Positions 1 through 8,938 of a stretch of DNA of 64,000 nt are shown here, one piece after another; position 1 is the first letter of the stretch, and each line of letters starts with the position of its first letter. Made by a program: the position numbers and the translations under genes. The DNA is from an uncultured Clostridium sp. GTDB lineage: Bacteria; Bacillota; Clostridia; TANB77; CAG-508. Location of the stretch: NCBI GenBank assembly GCA_948470605.1, contig CAOKPI010000006.1:85-64084 (forward strand), written 5' to 3'. The notes beneath the pieces are model-generated. The model ran no database searches. It saw nothing but the letters and a program-made list of their open reading frames with translations, and was not told the DNA's origin.

Positions 1-278
1 AAGGAAATGCAATCGCATGGGGAAGTGCTGGAGAATTAGGATTTAAAGGTTCTAGAAAAAGCACACCATATGCAGCAGGTCAAGTTGCTGAAACAGCTGC
101 TAAAGCTGCTATGGAACATGGATTAAAATCAGTAGAAGTATTTGTAAAAGGACCTGGTTCAGGTAGAGAAGCAGCAATTCGTGCTCTTCAAACAGCAGGT
201 CTTGAATTAAGTAGCATTAAAGATGTAACACCAATACCACACAATGGTTGTAGACCACCAAAAAGAAGAAGAGTATAA
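1..278 (+). CDS. rpsK: 30S ribosomal protein S11, C-terminal part (5' end outside window)
   Basis: Reading frame ends ...[12 protein letters not shown] with TAA at 276-278; lies directly upstream of rpsD-rpoA-rplQ as in the conserved alpha operon. Confidence 0.9.
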   Translation, partial: GNAIAWGSAGELGFKGSRKSTPYAAGQVAETAAKAAMEHGLKSVEVFVKGPGSGREAAIRALQTAGLELSSIKDVTPIPHNGCRPPKRRRV

Positions 279-353
279 AATGGATAGAAAAAATAATTAA
301 GGGTTAACACTTTGTCGTGTATTCCCTTGTCATTAGAAGAAAGGAGTAAGAAA

Positions 354-980
354 ATGGCAAGATATAAAGACGAACAATGTCGTAGATGTCGTAGAGAAGG
401 ACAAAAATTGTTCTTAAAAGGTGAAAGATGCTATACTGATAAATGTAGTATTTCTAGAAGAAACTATGCACCAGGTCAACATGGACAAAAAAGAGCAAAA
501 CTTTCTGAATACGGAATGCAATTAAGAGAAAAACAAAAAACAAAAGCATATTACGGAGTAGGAGAAAAACAATTTAGAAAATATTTCGAGATGGCTTCTA
601 ATAAAAAAGGTGTAACAGGTGAAAACTTATTACAAATATTAGAAAGTAGATTAGATAATGTAGTTTATAGATTAGGATTTGGAACATCTAGAGCACAAGC
701 AAGACAATTTGTAAATCATGCACAATTTGAAGTAAATGGTAAAAGAGTAGATATTCCATCTTATCTAGTAAAGGTAGGAGATGTTATTACTGTAAGAGAA
801 AGTAAAAAAGATAATGCTACTATCAAAATAAATGTAGAAGAATCAAGTAAAAGACCAGTTCCAGAATGGCTAGAGAAAGATAGTGAAAAATTAAGTGGTA
901 AAGTCATTCGATTAGCAGCTAGAGAAGATGTTGACATTCCAATTGAAGAACATTTAATAGTAGAGCTTTACTCAAAATAA
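354..980 (+). CDS. rpsD: 30S ribosomal protein S4
   Basis: [26 protein letters not shown]... typical S4 N-terminus with zinc-ribbon cysteines; AAGGAG RBS before ATG 354 (the track ORF starts upstream at 312). Confidence 0.95.
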   Translation: MARYKDEQCRRCRREGQKLFLKGERCYTDKCSISRRNYAPGQHGQKRAKLSEYGMQLREKQKTKAYYGVGEKQFRKYFEMASNKKGVTGENLLQILESRLDNVVYRLGFGTSRAQARQFVNHAQFEVNGKRVDIPSYLVKVGDVITVRESKKDNATIKINVEESSKRPVPEWLEKDSEKLSGKVIRLAAREDVDIPIEEHLIVELYSK

Positions 981-1008
981 TAATTTTTTTAAATATTAGG
1001 AGGTAAAA

Positions 1009-1956
1009 ATGATAGAATTTGAAAAGCCAAATATTGAATGTCTAGAGGTGGATGACACAAATAACTATGCAAAATTTGTATGTGAACCATTAGAAAGAGG
1101 TTATGGAGTAACAATAGGAAATTCTTTAAGAAGAATTTTACTTTCATCACTTCCAGGATGTGCCATAACAAGTGTGAAGATAGATGGAGTATTACATGAA
1201 TTTTCTACCATTCCCAATATAGTAGAAGATGTACCAGAAATTATTATCAATTTAAAAAACGTTAGATTAAGATTTGATGAAAATGAAGAAAAAGTTTTGA
1301 GAATTGATGTTAAAGGTGAAGGAGAAGTTACAGCTGCAGACATCATTACAGATGGAACGGTTGAAGTTTTAAATCCAGAGTTACATATTGCTACTATTTC
1401 TGAAGGTGGAAGCTTAAAATTAGAAATGACAGCAGATAAAGGTCGAGGATATAATTCTGCTGATAAAAATAAAAAAGCAAATCAAGATATATCTGTACTT
1501 CCAATTGATTCTATTTATACACCAGTTAAGAAGGTTAACTATCAAGTAGAAAACACTAGAGTTGGACAAATGGTGGATTATGATAAGTTAGTGATTGAAG
1601 TATGGACAGATGGAAGCTTAAAAGCGCATGAAGCTCTAAGCTTGGCAGCTAAAGTAATGACAGGACATCTAGAATTATTTATTGATTTATCAGAAGCAAC
1701 TAAAAATACACAAGTTATGATTGAAAAAGAAGAATCTAAAAAAGAGAAAGTATTGGAAATGTCAATTGAAGAATTAGAATTATCTGTTCGATCCTTTAAC
1801 TGTTTAAAAAGAGCAGGAATTGCTACCGTTGAAGATTTAACGAATAAGTCTGAAACGGATATGATGAAGGTAAGAAATTTAGGTAAAAAATCATTTGATG
1901 AGGTAACAGCAAAATTACATTCATTAGGATTGGATTTTGCCTCAGAGGATGAATAG
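1009..1956 (+). CDS. rpoA: DNA-directed RNA polymerase subunit alpha
   Basis: 315 aa, MIEFEKP...[10 protein letters not shown]...[13 protein letters not shown] (alpha-CTD HhH); AGGAGG RBS. Confidence 0.95.
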   Translation: MIEFEKPNIECLEVDDTNNYAKFVCEPLERGYGVTIGNSLRRILLSSLPGCAITSVKIDGVLHEFSTIPNIVEDVPEIIINLKNVRLRFDENEEKVLRIDVKGEGEVTAADIITDGTVEVLNPELHIATISEGGSLKLEMTADKGRGYNSADKNKKANQDISVLPIDSIYTPVKKVNYQVENTRVGQMVDYDKLVIEVWTDGSLKAHEALSLAAKVMTGHLELFIDLSEATKNTQVMIEKEESKKEKVLEMSIEELELSVRSFNCLKRAGIATVEDLTNKSETDMMKVRNLGKKSFDEVTAKLHSLGLDFASEDE

Positions 1957-1967
1957 TAAAAAGGAAG

Positions 1968-2504
1968 GTGAAAAAATTGGCTACAAATAGAAAATTAGGT
2001 AGAACAACAGACATCAGAATGGTAATGTTAAAAAACTTAACAACTGATTTAATTATGTATGGAAAAGTTGAAACAACATTAGCTAGAGCAAAAGAAGTAA
2101 AGTCTATTGCTGACAGTATTATATCACTTGCTATCAAAGAAAAAGATAATTTTGAAATGGTAGATGTTAAAGTTGTAAAAGCTAAATTGGATGAAAAAGG
2201 TAATAAAGAAACAGAATTAGTAAAAAGTAAAAATGGTAAAGAATATTTAAAAGTAGTAAAAGAAGAAACAACAGAACAAAGACAAAAAGATATGCCAACT
2301 AGATTGAATGCTAGAAGAAAAATGATGAGAAAATTAAACAAAGTGAAAGACAGCAAAGGAAATAATATTGATTTACCATCAAAATTATTCAATGAAATTG
2401 CTCCAAAATATGCTGGTAAGAATGTGGGAGGATATACACGTATTATTAAAGCAGGACCTAGAAGAGGTGACGGAGCAGAAGTTGCTATTTTACAACTTGT
2501 ATAA
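1968..2504 (+). CDS. rplQ: 50S ribosomal protein L17, long form with an internal ~55-60 aa Lys/Glu-rich insertion
   Basis: NRKLGRTTDIRMVMLKNLTTDL... and C-terminal GGYTRIIKAGPRRGDGAEVAILQLV are L17 signatures; start is GTG 1968 or TTG 1977. Confidence 0.9.
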   Translation: MKKLATNRKLGRTTDIRMVMLKNLTTDLIMYGKVETTLARAKEVKSIADSIISLAIKEKDNFEMVDVKVVKAKLDEKGNKETELVKSKNGKEYLKVVKEETTEQRQKDMPTRLNARRKMMRKLNKVKDSKGNNIDLPSKLFNEIAPKYAGKNVGGYTRIIKAGPRRGDGAEVAILQLV

Positions 2505-2519
2505 TTATTAAAAAAAGAA

Positions 2520-2548
2520 AATCCACCAATATGGTGGCTTTTTTTTTA
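2520..2548 (+). terminator. Rho-independent terminator after rplQ
   Basis: CCACC-AATAT-GGTGG stem-loop followed by a T9 run. Confidence 0.8.
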
Positions 2549-2583
2549 ATAAAACATATAATAAAACCATAGGAGGCTAAAAA

Positions 2584-2937
2584 ATGATGGAATTTATATT
2601 AAATACCATTTTTTGGACACTTGCCATTTATGGTTTTTTTGAGATTGTAAAAAATATAATAGACATATTTACCTATACTAAATTCCAATCAGACGGAATT
2701 TATTTGATTATAGCAGTCAAAAACCAAGAAGAGAAAATTGAAGGTTTTTTACGTTCGAGTTTATTTAAGATACTATATGGCAAAGAAGAATACTTAAAAA
2801 ATATTATTGTAGCAGATTTAAAATCAACAGATAAAACAAAAGAAATAGCACAAAAATTAGAGTTAGAATATGATTGTTTAAAGGTAAGTAGCTGGAAGGA
2901 TTGTAAAGATATGATTGACAATGTGGACGAAAGCTGA
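2584..2937 (+). CDS. Hypothetical small membrane-anchored protein
   Basis: 117 aa ORF with GGAGG RBS and an N-terminal hydrophobic helix (ILNTIFWTLAIYGFFEIV); no family recognised. Confidence 0.5.
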   Translation: MMEFILNTIFWTLAIYGFFEIVKNIIDIFTYTKFQSDGIYLIIAVKNQEEKIEGFLRSSLFKILYGKEEYLKNIIVADLKSTDKTKEIAQKLELEYDCLKVSSWKDCKDMIDNVDES

Positions 2938-3077
2938 TTAAAGGGATAAAAATAAGACCTGTCCCCCAAAACACCGTTAGGGATAATTGGTGCCTGTCCC
3001 AGAAGACATCAAAAAAAATACTACTTGAAAAGGAAAATGATTTATGATAGACTTGTATTTACAAAAAGGAGAGTTAA

Positions 3078-5301
3078 ATGGAAATTACGGGAGAAATACA
3101 AGATATTATCTATAAAAATGAAATTAATAGTTATACGATAGCGGAATTTGAGACGGAAGATGAAACTACTACAGTAGTAGGATATTTACCGTTTATTAAT
3201 AGTGGTGACACATTGAAGGTGATAGGAAAGTTTGTAGAGCATAAAGAATATGGAAGACAATTTAAGATAGATACTTTTGAAAAATTAATGCCACAAACAT
3301 TAGGGGCATTAGAGAGATATTTAGCAAATGGAAATATTAAAGGAATTGGAGAAGCTCTAGCCAAAAGGATTGTAAAGAGATTTGGTGAGGAAACGATTCC
3401 TATTTTTAAGTATGAACCAAAGAGATTGGCAGAGATAAAAGGTATTTCGGAAAGTAAGGCCATTCAGATGTCAGAAGATTTTATACAAAATTGGGAAGTG
3501 TGGCAGATTGTAGGATTCTTAGAGAGATTTGGAATCGGTGCAGAGCATGCGAAAAAAGTCTTTGATTTATTGGGCGCCAATGCGATTGAACAAATTGAGG
3601 CAAATCCGTATATTTTAATTGATATAGCAAGAGGCGTAGATTTTAAGCAGATTGATAAAATGGCTCTTGATTTAGGGATTAATTATGATAATGAAAAGAG
3701 AGTGGTGAGTGGGATTAAATATGGACTCATCAGGAGTACCTATAATGGACATGCTTGTGTATTAAAAAATAATTTGATTGAATTTGTGATTGACCTTTTA
3801 GATGTGTCAACAGAAAACGTGGAAGATGGGTTGATTCGCTTAAAGGTAAAAGACGAAATTATAACCGAACAAAGAGAAGGCGAAGAATATGTTTATTTGC
3901 AAGCTTTTTTCAATACAGAAGCAGAAATTGCCATTCGAATTAACAGATTGCAAAATGCCAAAAATGTTAAAAAAGTAGCTCATATGGAATCAGAACTAAA
4001 AAAAGTAGAGGCAAAATCAAGTATCGAGTTGTCAGAGAAACAAAAAGAAGCCATCAAATTAATCAATGATAATAATGTTGCTATTATTACTGGTGGGCCA
4101 GGTACGGGAAAGACTACCATTATAAAAACAATGATTGATATTTATGAAGAAAAAGGAAAGAAAGTAGTTCTTTGTGCACCAACAGGGAGAGCAGCCAAAA
4201 GAATGACTGAGACAACAGGAAAAGAGGCATCTACTTTACATCGCTTATTAGAAATTGGAAAAATTGACGAAGATAGTCTGTATAAAAATACGTCAGATTA
4301 TGAAGGGGCACCCATTGATGGCGATTTAATTGTGGTAGATGAAATGTCAATGGTGGATATGTTTTTGATGAATTATTTACTAAAATGCATCTATCAAGGC
4401 ACAAAACTAGTGTTAGTGGGAGATGAAGACCAGCTGGCATCTGTGGGACCAGGTTGTGTTTTAAAGGATTTAATTTATTCAGAGCAAATCGCAACCATTC
4501 ATCTAGATAAAATTTTTAGACAAGCAGCCAAAAGTAAAATTGTCTTAAATGCCCATAGAGTGAATCAAGGAGAAGGATTTTTGAAAAAGGGAGAGGATGA
4601 AATTTTAGAAGAAATGCTAGATGATTTCTTTTTTATAAAGGGAATGAGTCAAGAAAAGATGTTGGCAGAGGTAATTTCCCTATGTACAGGTAGATTGCAA
4701 AATTACGGAGATTATGATTTCTTTCAAAATATACAAGTTTTATCTCCTACCAAAAAAGGAATGCTTGGAACAAAGGAATTAAATAAGGCTTTACAACAAC
4801 AGTTAAATCCTAATATTGAGAATTTGCCAGAAAAGGCGAGTATGGGTGCTGTTTATCGAGCTGGCGACCGAGTCATGCAAATTAAAAATAATTATGACAT
4901 CTACTGGGAAAAGCAAGTTTCTGGTAAAAAAGAAATGGGAAGTGGCGTTTTTAATGGAGAAATAGGAACGATTACAGAAATTAACGAGAAGGAAAAAAAG
5001 GTGGAAATTCGATTTGATGATGAAAAAGTGGCTTGGTATGAATTTTCGAATTTAGACCAAATTGAACATAGTTATGCGATTACCATACATAAATCCCAAC
5101 GGAAGCGAGTTTGATGTAGTTATTATGGTAGTTCCACCAACTTCGCCAATGCTGATTACTAGGAATTTACTTTATACGGGTATTACGAGAGCGAAAAAGC
5201 TTATAGTAATTGTTGGTATGGAAAAGGTAGTGGATTTTATGATTCAAAATGTGGATGTGAAGAAGAGAAATACAGGTTTAGCGTATAAAATGAGACAATA
5301 A
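3078..5301 (+). pseudogene. recD2: RecD2-type ATP-dependent DNA helicase, interrupted by a +1 frameshift at about 5100
   Basis: ORFs 3078-5114 and 5062-5301 join into one RecD-like helicase (GGPGTGKTT Walker A, VVDEMSMVD). The conserved motif ITIHKSQGSEF is split as AAA TCC CAA [C] GGA AGC GAG TTT. Confidence 0.85.
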
Positions 5302-5329
5302 GGACAGGTTTCAATTGTCTCATTTTTTT
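5289..5329 (+). terminator. Terminator hairpin after recD2 (member of the TGAGACAA...GGACAGG...TTGTCTCA palindrome family)
   Basis: ATGAGACAAT-aaggacaggtttca-ATTGTCTCAT followed by T7. Confidence 0.75.
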
Positions 5330-5429
5330 GTCAAAATATGTCGAGAACTTTTTCGTATAAATTAGTAAAACATATTGACTTAGGATTAAAAATGAATTAA
5401 AATGTAAAAAACAGAAAAGAGGTGTAAAT

Positions 5430-5672
5430 ATGATAAAAACTGTTAAATTATTAGAAATAGGAAAAAGATTTTTTAGTAAAAAAATTAAAGTGATGGCTAG
5501 AGATGGTTGGGTGTATGATTTTGAATGGAGTTTAGCTTTTAGGTCAGAAAAATATAGACAAGAATTTTTGAAGTCTATATACAGAGCAGAAGAAGATATA
5601 AGAGAAGGAAGAGTATATACACAAAAGGAGATGGATGAATATTGTAGAACAGAATTTGGAATCAATATATGA
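5430..5672 (+). CDS. Putative type II antitoxin (partner of the downstream ParE/RelE toxin)
   Basis: 80 aa ORF with GAGGTG RBS that overlaps the toxin gene start; family assignment is from context only. Confidence 0.5.
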   Translation: MIKTVKLLEIGKRFFSKKIKVMARDGWVYDFEWSLAFRSEKYRQEFLKSIYRAEEDIREGRVYTQKEMDEYCRTEFGINI

Positions 5673-5967
5673 AATAATATATTCAACAGAATATAGGCAA
5701 GAATTAAAGGAAATTTATTATTATATAGCAATTCATTTGCAAGAAGAAGTGATAGCTAAGAAATTAGTACATAAAATACAAGAAGAAATCTTAGACTTGT
5801 CATATATGCCAAGAAAATACAAGCGACTCAAGAAAACAAGAAATATTGGAATACATCAGAGAAATGTCAAAAATTATAACATTATTTATCAAATTGATAT
5901 TAAAATCAAAAAAGTTTATATCTTACATATTTTTTATTCCAGGAGAAATTATTTAAAACTTATTTAA
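5635..5967 (+). CDS. Type II toxin-antitoxin system RelE/ParE family toxin
   Basis: IYEIIYSTEYRQELKEIYYYIA...VYILHIFYSRRNY matches the clostridial ParE/RelE pattern as I remember it (YxIxYS...L.EIy.YI...I.rIfYggRd); the start may be TTG 5656. Confidence 0.7.
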   Translation: MNIVEQNLESIYEIIYSTEYRQELKEIYYYIAIHLQEEVIAKKLVHKIQEEILDLSYMPRKYKRLKKTRNIGIHQRNVKNYNIIYQIDIKIKKVYILHIFYSRRNYLKLI

Positions 5968-6000
5968 TTCATAAAAATTTAATCAAAAGGAGAAAATCAA

Positions 6001-6648
6001 ATTTTAAATCAAATATTAAATTTAATTTATCCACCAACATGCGGAATTTGTGGAAAATTAAATCCAAACTTTTTATGCAATAAATGTCAAAAGCAATTAG
6101 AAATCCAAGCCAAATTTCAAATCGAAAAAAACCAAAATATTAGTTATTATTTTCAAGAACATTTATATATCTTTGAATATCAGGGAATGATAAGAAAGAT
6201 TATCTTAAATTATAAATTCAATGATAAATCCTATTTATACAAAACTTTTGTAAATTTTTTGTTAAAAAATGAAAAATTCTTTGAAATTTTAAAATCTTAT
6301 GATACAATAATACCAGTTCCAATCAGTCAAAAAAGAAGAAAAGAAAGAGGCTATAATCAAAGTGAATTAATAGCCAAAGAAATAGCAAAAGCAATAGGAA
6401 ATCATTATAACAATCAATGCCTTTATAAGACCAGAAATATTATAGAACAAAGCAAATTAAAAAAAGAAGAAAGACAAAAAAATATACGAGGTGTGTATGA
6501 ATTACGCAATCAAAAGTTATTACAAGATAAAAAAATATTATTGATAGATGATATTTATACAACAGGAAGCACCGTGAATGAATGTGCTAGAATGTTAGAA
6601 CAAGCACAGCCTAAATTTATTGGTGTGTTTACATTGGCAAAGGATTAA
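6001..6648 (+). CDS. comFC: ComF family protein (ComFC, phosphoribosyltransferase-like) with a probable non-canonical start
   Basis: C-terminal PRTase motif ILLIDDIYTTGSTVNE. The N-terminal zinc finger CGICG...CNKCQ is encoded in frame upstream of the first ATG (6187); the only start candidate behind AAAGGAG is ATT 6001. Confidence 0.75.
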   Translation: MLNQILNLIYPPTCGICGKLNPNFLCNKCQKQLEIQAKFQIEKNQNISYYFQEHLYIFEYQGMIRKIILNYKFNDKSYLYKTFVNFLLKNEKFFEILKSYDTIIPVPISQKRRKERGYNQSELIAKEIAKAIGNHYNNQCLYKTRNIIEQSKLKKEERQKNIRGVYELRNQKLLQDKKILLIDDIYTTGSTVNECARMLEQAQPKFIGVFTLAKD

Positions 6649-6653
6649 ATTAT

Positions 6654-6760
6654 GGACAAGGGACACGGGGACGTAGATAATGTCCCTATATAATAATAAA
6701 CAACACATTAAGTTGGGAATTTTAAATAAGGGACATTATCTACGTCCCCATGTCCCTTAG
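6654..6760. repeat. Palindromic GGGAC element, copy 1 (arms GGACAYGGGGACGTAGATAATGTCCCT / AGGGACATTATCTACGTCCCCATGTCC)
   Basis: 27 bp inverted arms at 6661-6687 and 6729-6755. Each arm is itself a GGGAC..GTCCC hairpin. A near-identical copy is at 55716-55795. Confidence 0.9.
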
Positions 6761-6775
6761 GGAGGAAAGTTTGAA

Positions 6776-8767
6776 ATGGAAGATTTAGTTGAAAGCATAT
6801 TAGACTATGTAAGGTCAGATTATACAGACTATGCCATTATGATTAATGGAGAGTGGGGCTCTGGAAAGACACATTTTTGGAACAACAAAATCAGAAAAAA
6901 AATTGAGTCTTTGCAATTAAATGGGAAAAGATATACAACCATTTACATGTCTTTATATGGAATTTCTAATTTAGAGGAAATTAGTAAAAAGATATTCATT
7001 GAAACGACCCAGTTAATGGATAAAAATTTAAGGAAATTTATGGATGATAATAGTCAAACTACTATTCCAGAGTATGCGAAAACAGGAATAGACATGGCTA
7101 ACTTTTTTGGGGTTACTCAAAATGGAGACAGAGTAGACTATGGCGAGTTCTTCTCAACAGATGACAAGGTTTTATGTTTTGATGACTTGGAAAGAGCCAA
7201 TGTAGATGTTATTGATATTCTAGGATATATCAACAATTTCGTAGAACATGACCATATCAAAACCATTATTATTTGTAACGAAAAAGAACTTTCTACCAAA
7301 TTAAAAAGCTCAAACCTTGAAATGAAAACTTTTATTGCCACCTATCTTTTAGACAAGCAAGATGAATTAAATAAATCAGACAAACCAATGGTGGAGAAAA
7401 TTCAAGATAAAATCGAGCATGTTTTTGATAAAGCCAATGATTATGAAAGAATTAAAGAAAAATTAATTGGTGAAACCTTTGAATATGCACCAAAATTTGA
7501 TTATATTATCAATGGCATTTTAATGAGATATGAAAATAATCCAGATCTAATTCGATTTTTAAGAGAAAATACAGGGCTTATTATATCTACTTTTAACAAA
7601 AGTGGAACGAGAAACTTAAGAATTTTGAAGCATGCTTTAAATGATTTTAAGAAAATCTATGAAATGGTTAATAAATCGTATCCTAATACCAATCATAGAG
7701 TGATGCAAACGATGTTGATATTTACTATAGCGATTTCATTTGAAATCAAAGCAGGTAAGATTACCAAAGATAAATTTGTTAATATTCAAGACAATGAAGA
7801 ATATAAGTCTATTTTAGTTTCTTCTAGAATATTAATGGATAACAGACAATTCTATATTAAAGAATTTGATAACAATTATTATTATAATTTCAAATCTGAA
7901 TATCGTTTCTTTAAATTTATCGAATATTATATCAGAACTCGTATTTTTGATATGAAATTATTTAAAGAAAACATGGAAACCATTAGAAATACCGTTGATA
8001 CTGAAAACCTACCAGGTTATAAAAGATTATTAACAGAAGAGTATTGGAAAATTTCAGATGACCAATTTGATACCGTTATTCGAGAAGTCATTCATGATGT
8101 GAAAGAAGGAAATTTGAGTTTAATTGATACGGTAAAATTATTTGCGTACTTTAGCTATTTTTCTAGAAAAGGACTGATTGAATACGATTTAAAAACTTTG
8201 AGAAGTGTATTTTTTAATGGTATGAATATAGCCTCTTTATCTTCGGAATATTGTCCAGACCCAAAAGAAGAGTTGGGAAAGATTGCGATAGAAGAAGTGG
8301 AAGAGGACATGGAAGACATTTTAAAACATTTCAATGCTTTAAATGACCAGTTACTAGATAAAATGTATAAAGAAAAAGCAGATGAGGTTATGAAATGCAT
8401 TCCAATGAAAATGGAGCAATTCTATGAAAAATTTGACCAAGAATGTATGGAAGTTCCTATTTTTAAATATTATGACCCATTCCAATTATTCCAAAGAATT
8501 TCATGTGCAAGTAATGAGGATATTGTCTTAATTAAAGAAAAATTAACCGATAGAGCGAATCGCTACACCAAACAAATTGAGCCAGAGATGAAAAATATTA
8601 AGCAACTAAAACAAGTCATTGATGATTACTTAAAGGGAAAAGAACCAACCATCAAGATTGTTATGTTGAAAGAATTTTCAAAAGATATGGGTTACATTTT
8701 GGATAAGTATAAAATGAGTTTTTTACCAAAGAAGGAAGATAAGGTTGTAGAAGTGGAGGAAGATTAA
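6776..8767 (+). CDS. KAP-like P-loop NTPase (no transmembrane insertion seen)
   Basis: 663 aa; Walker A INGEWGSGKTHFW and Walker B VLCFDDLER as in the KAP family; long helical C-terminal region. Confidence 0.65.
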   Translation: MEDLVESILDYVRSDYTDYAIMINGEWGSGKTHFWNNKIRKKIESLQLNGKRYTTIYMSLYGISNLEEISKKIFIETTQLMDKNLRKFMDDNSQTTIPEYAKTGIDMANFFGVTQNGDRVDYGEFFSTDDKVLCFDDLERANVDVIDILGYINNFVEHDHIKTIIICNEKELSTKLKSSNLEMKTFIATYLLDKQDELNKSDKPMVEKIQDKIEHVFDKANDYERIKEKLIGETFEYAPKFDYIINGILMRYENNPDLIRFLRENTGLIISTFNKSGTRNLRILKHALNDFKKIYEMVNKSYPNTNHRVMQTMLIFTIAISFEIKAGKITKDKFVNIQDNEEYKSILVSSRILMDNRQFYIKEFDNNYYYNFKSEYRFFKFIEYYIRTRIFDMKLFKENMETIRNTVDTENLPGYKRLLTEEYWKISDDQFDTVIREVIHDVKEGNLSLIDTVKLFAYFSYFSRKGLIEYDLKTLRSVFFNGMNIASLSSEYCPDPKEELGKIAIEEVEEDMEDILKHFNALNDQLLDKMYKEKADEVMKCIPMKMEQFYEKFDQECMEVPIFKYYDPFQLFQRISCASNEDIVLIKEKLTDRANRYTKQIEPEMKNIKQLKQVIDDYLKGKEPTIKIVMLKEFSKDMGYILDKYKMSFLPKKEDKVVEVEED

Positions 8768-8786
8768 AAGTAGTTACTGATTTTTT

Positions 8787-8909
8787 AAAAAAGTTTATTA
8801 TATTTTTTATTTGTAACTCCCAACATCACACAGTCTGTAACTACATAACAGACTGTAAGCTTGTTGGTTCCCCTGAATTGTTACTGCATAAAAAATATAA
8901 TAAACTTTT
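8787..8909. repeat. ~120 bp MITE-like palindromic element, copy A
   Basis: Terminal inverted repeats AAAAGTTTATTATATTTTTTAT / ATAAAAAATATAATAAACTTTT. Internal stems GTAACTCCCAAC..GTTGG..GTTAC and CAGTCTGT..ACAGACTG. Related copies at 10916-11035 and 42365-42482. Confidence 0.9.
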
Positions 8910-8938
8910 AAAGTAAAATATAAAAAAGGGGAAGTAAA

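Noticed and set aside
1823-2392. 189 aa minus-strand ORF opposite rpoA/rplQ, with similar antisense ORFs at 5237-5731, 22406-22921, 47477-47860 and 58284-58685
   Set aside because: All overlap well-supported genes on the other strand and have Phe/Ile/Leu/Ser-rich low-complexity translations typical of antisense frames in AT-rich DNA.
6654-6760. CRISPR array interpretation of the repeated GGGAC... units (also 55716-55795 and the other repeat families)
   Set aside because: The repeats are inverted pairs and not regularly spaced direct repeats. There are only two arms per locus, no spacer series, and no cas genes in the window.
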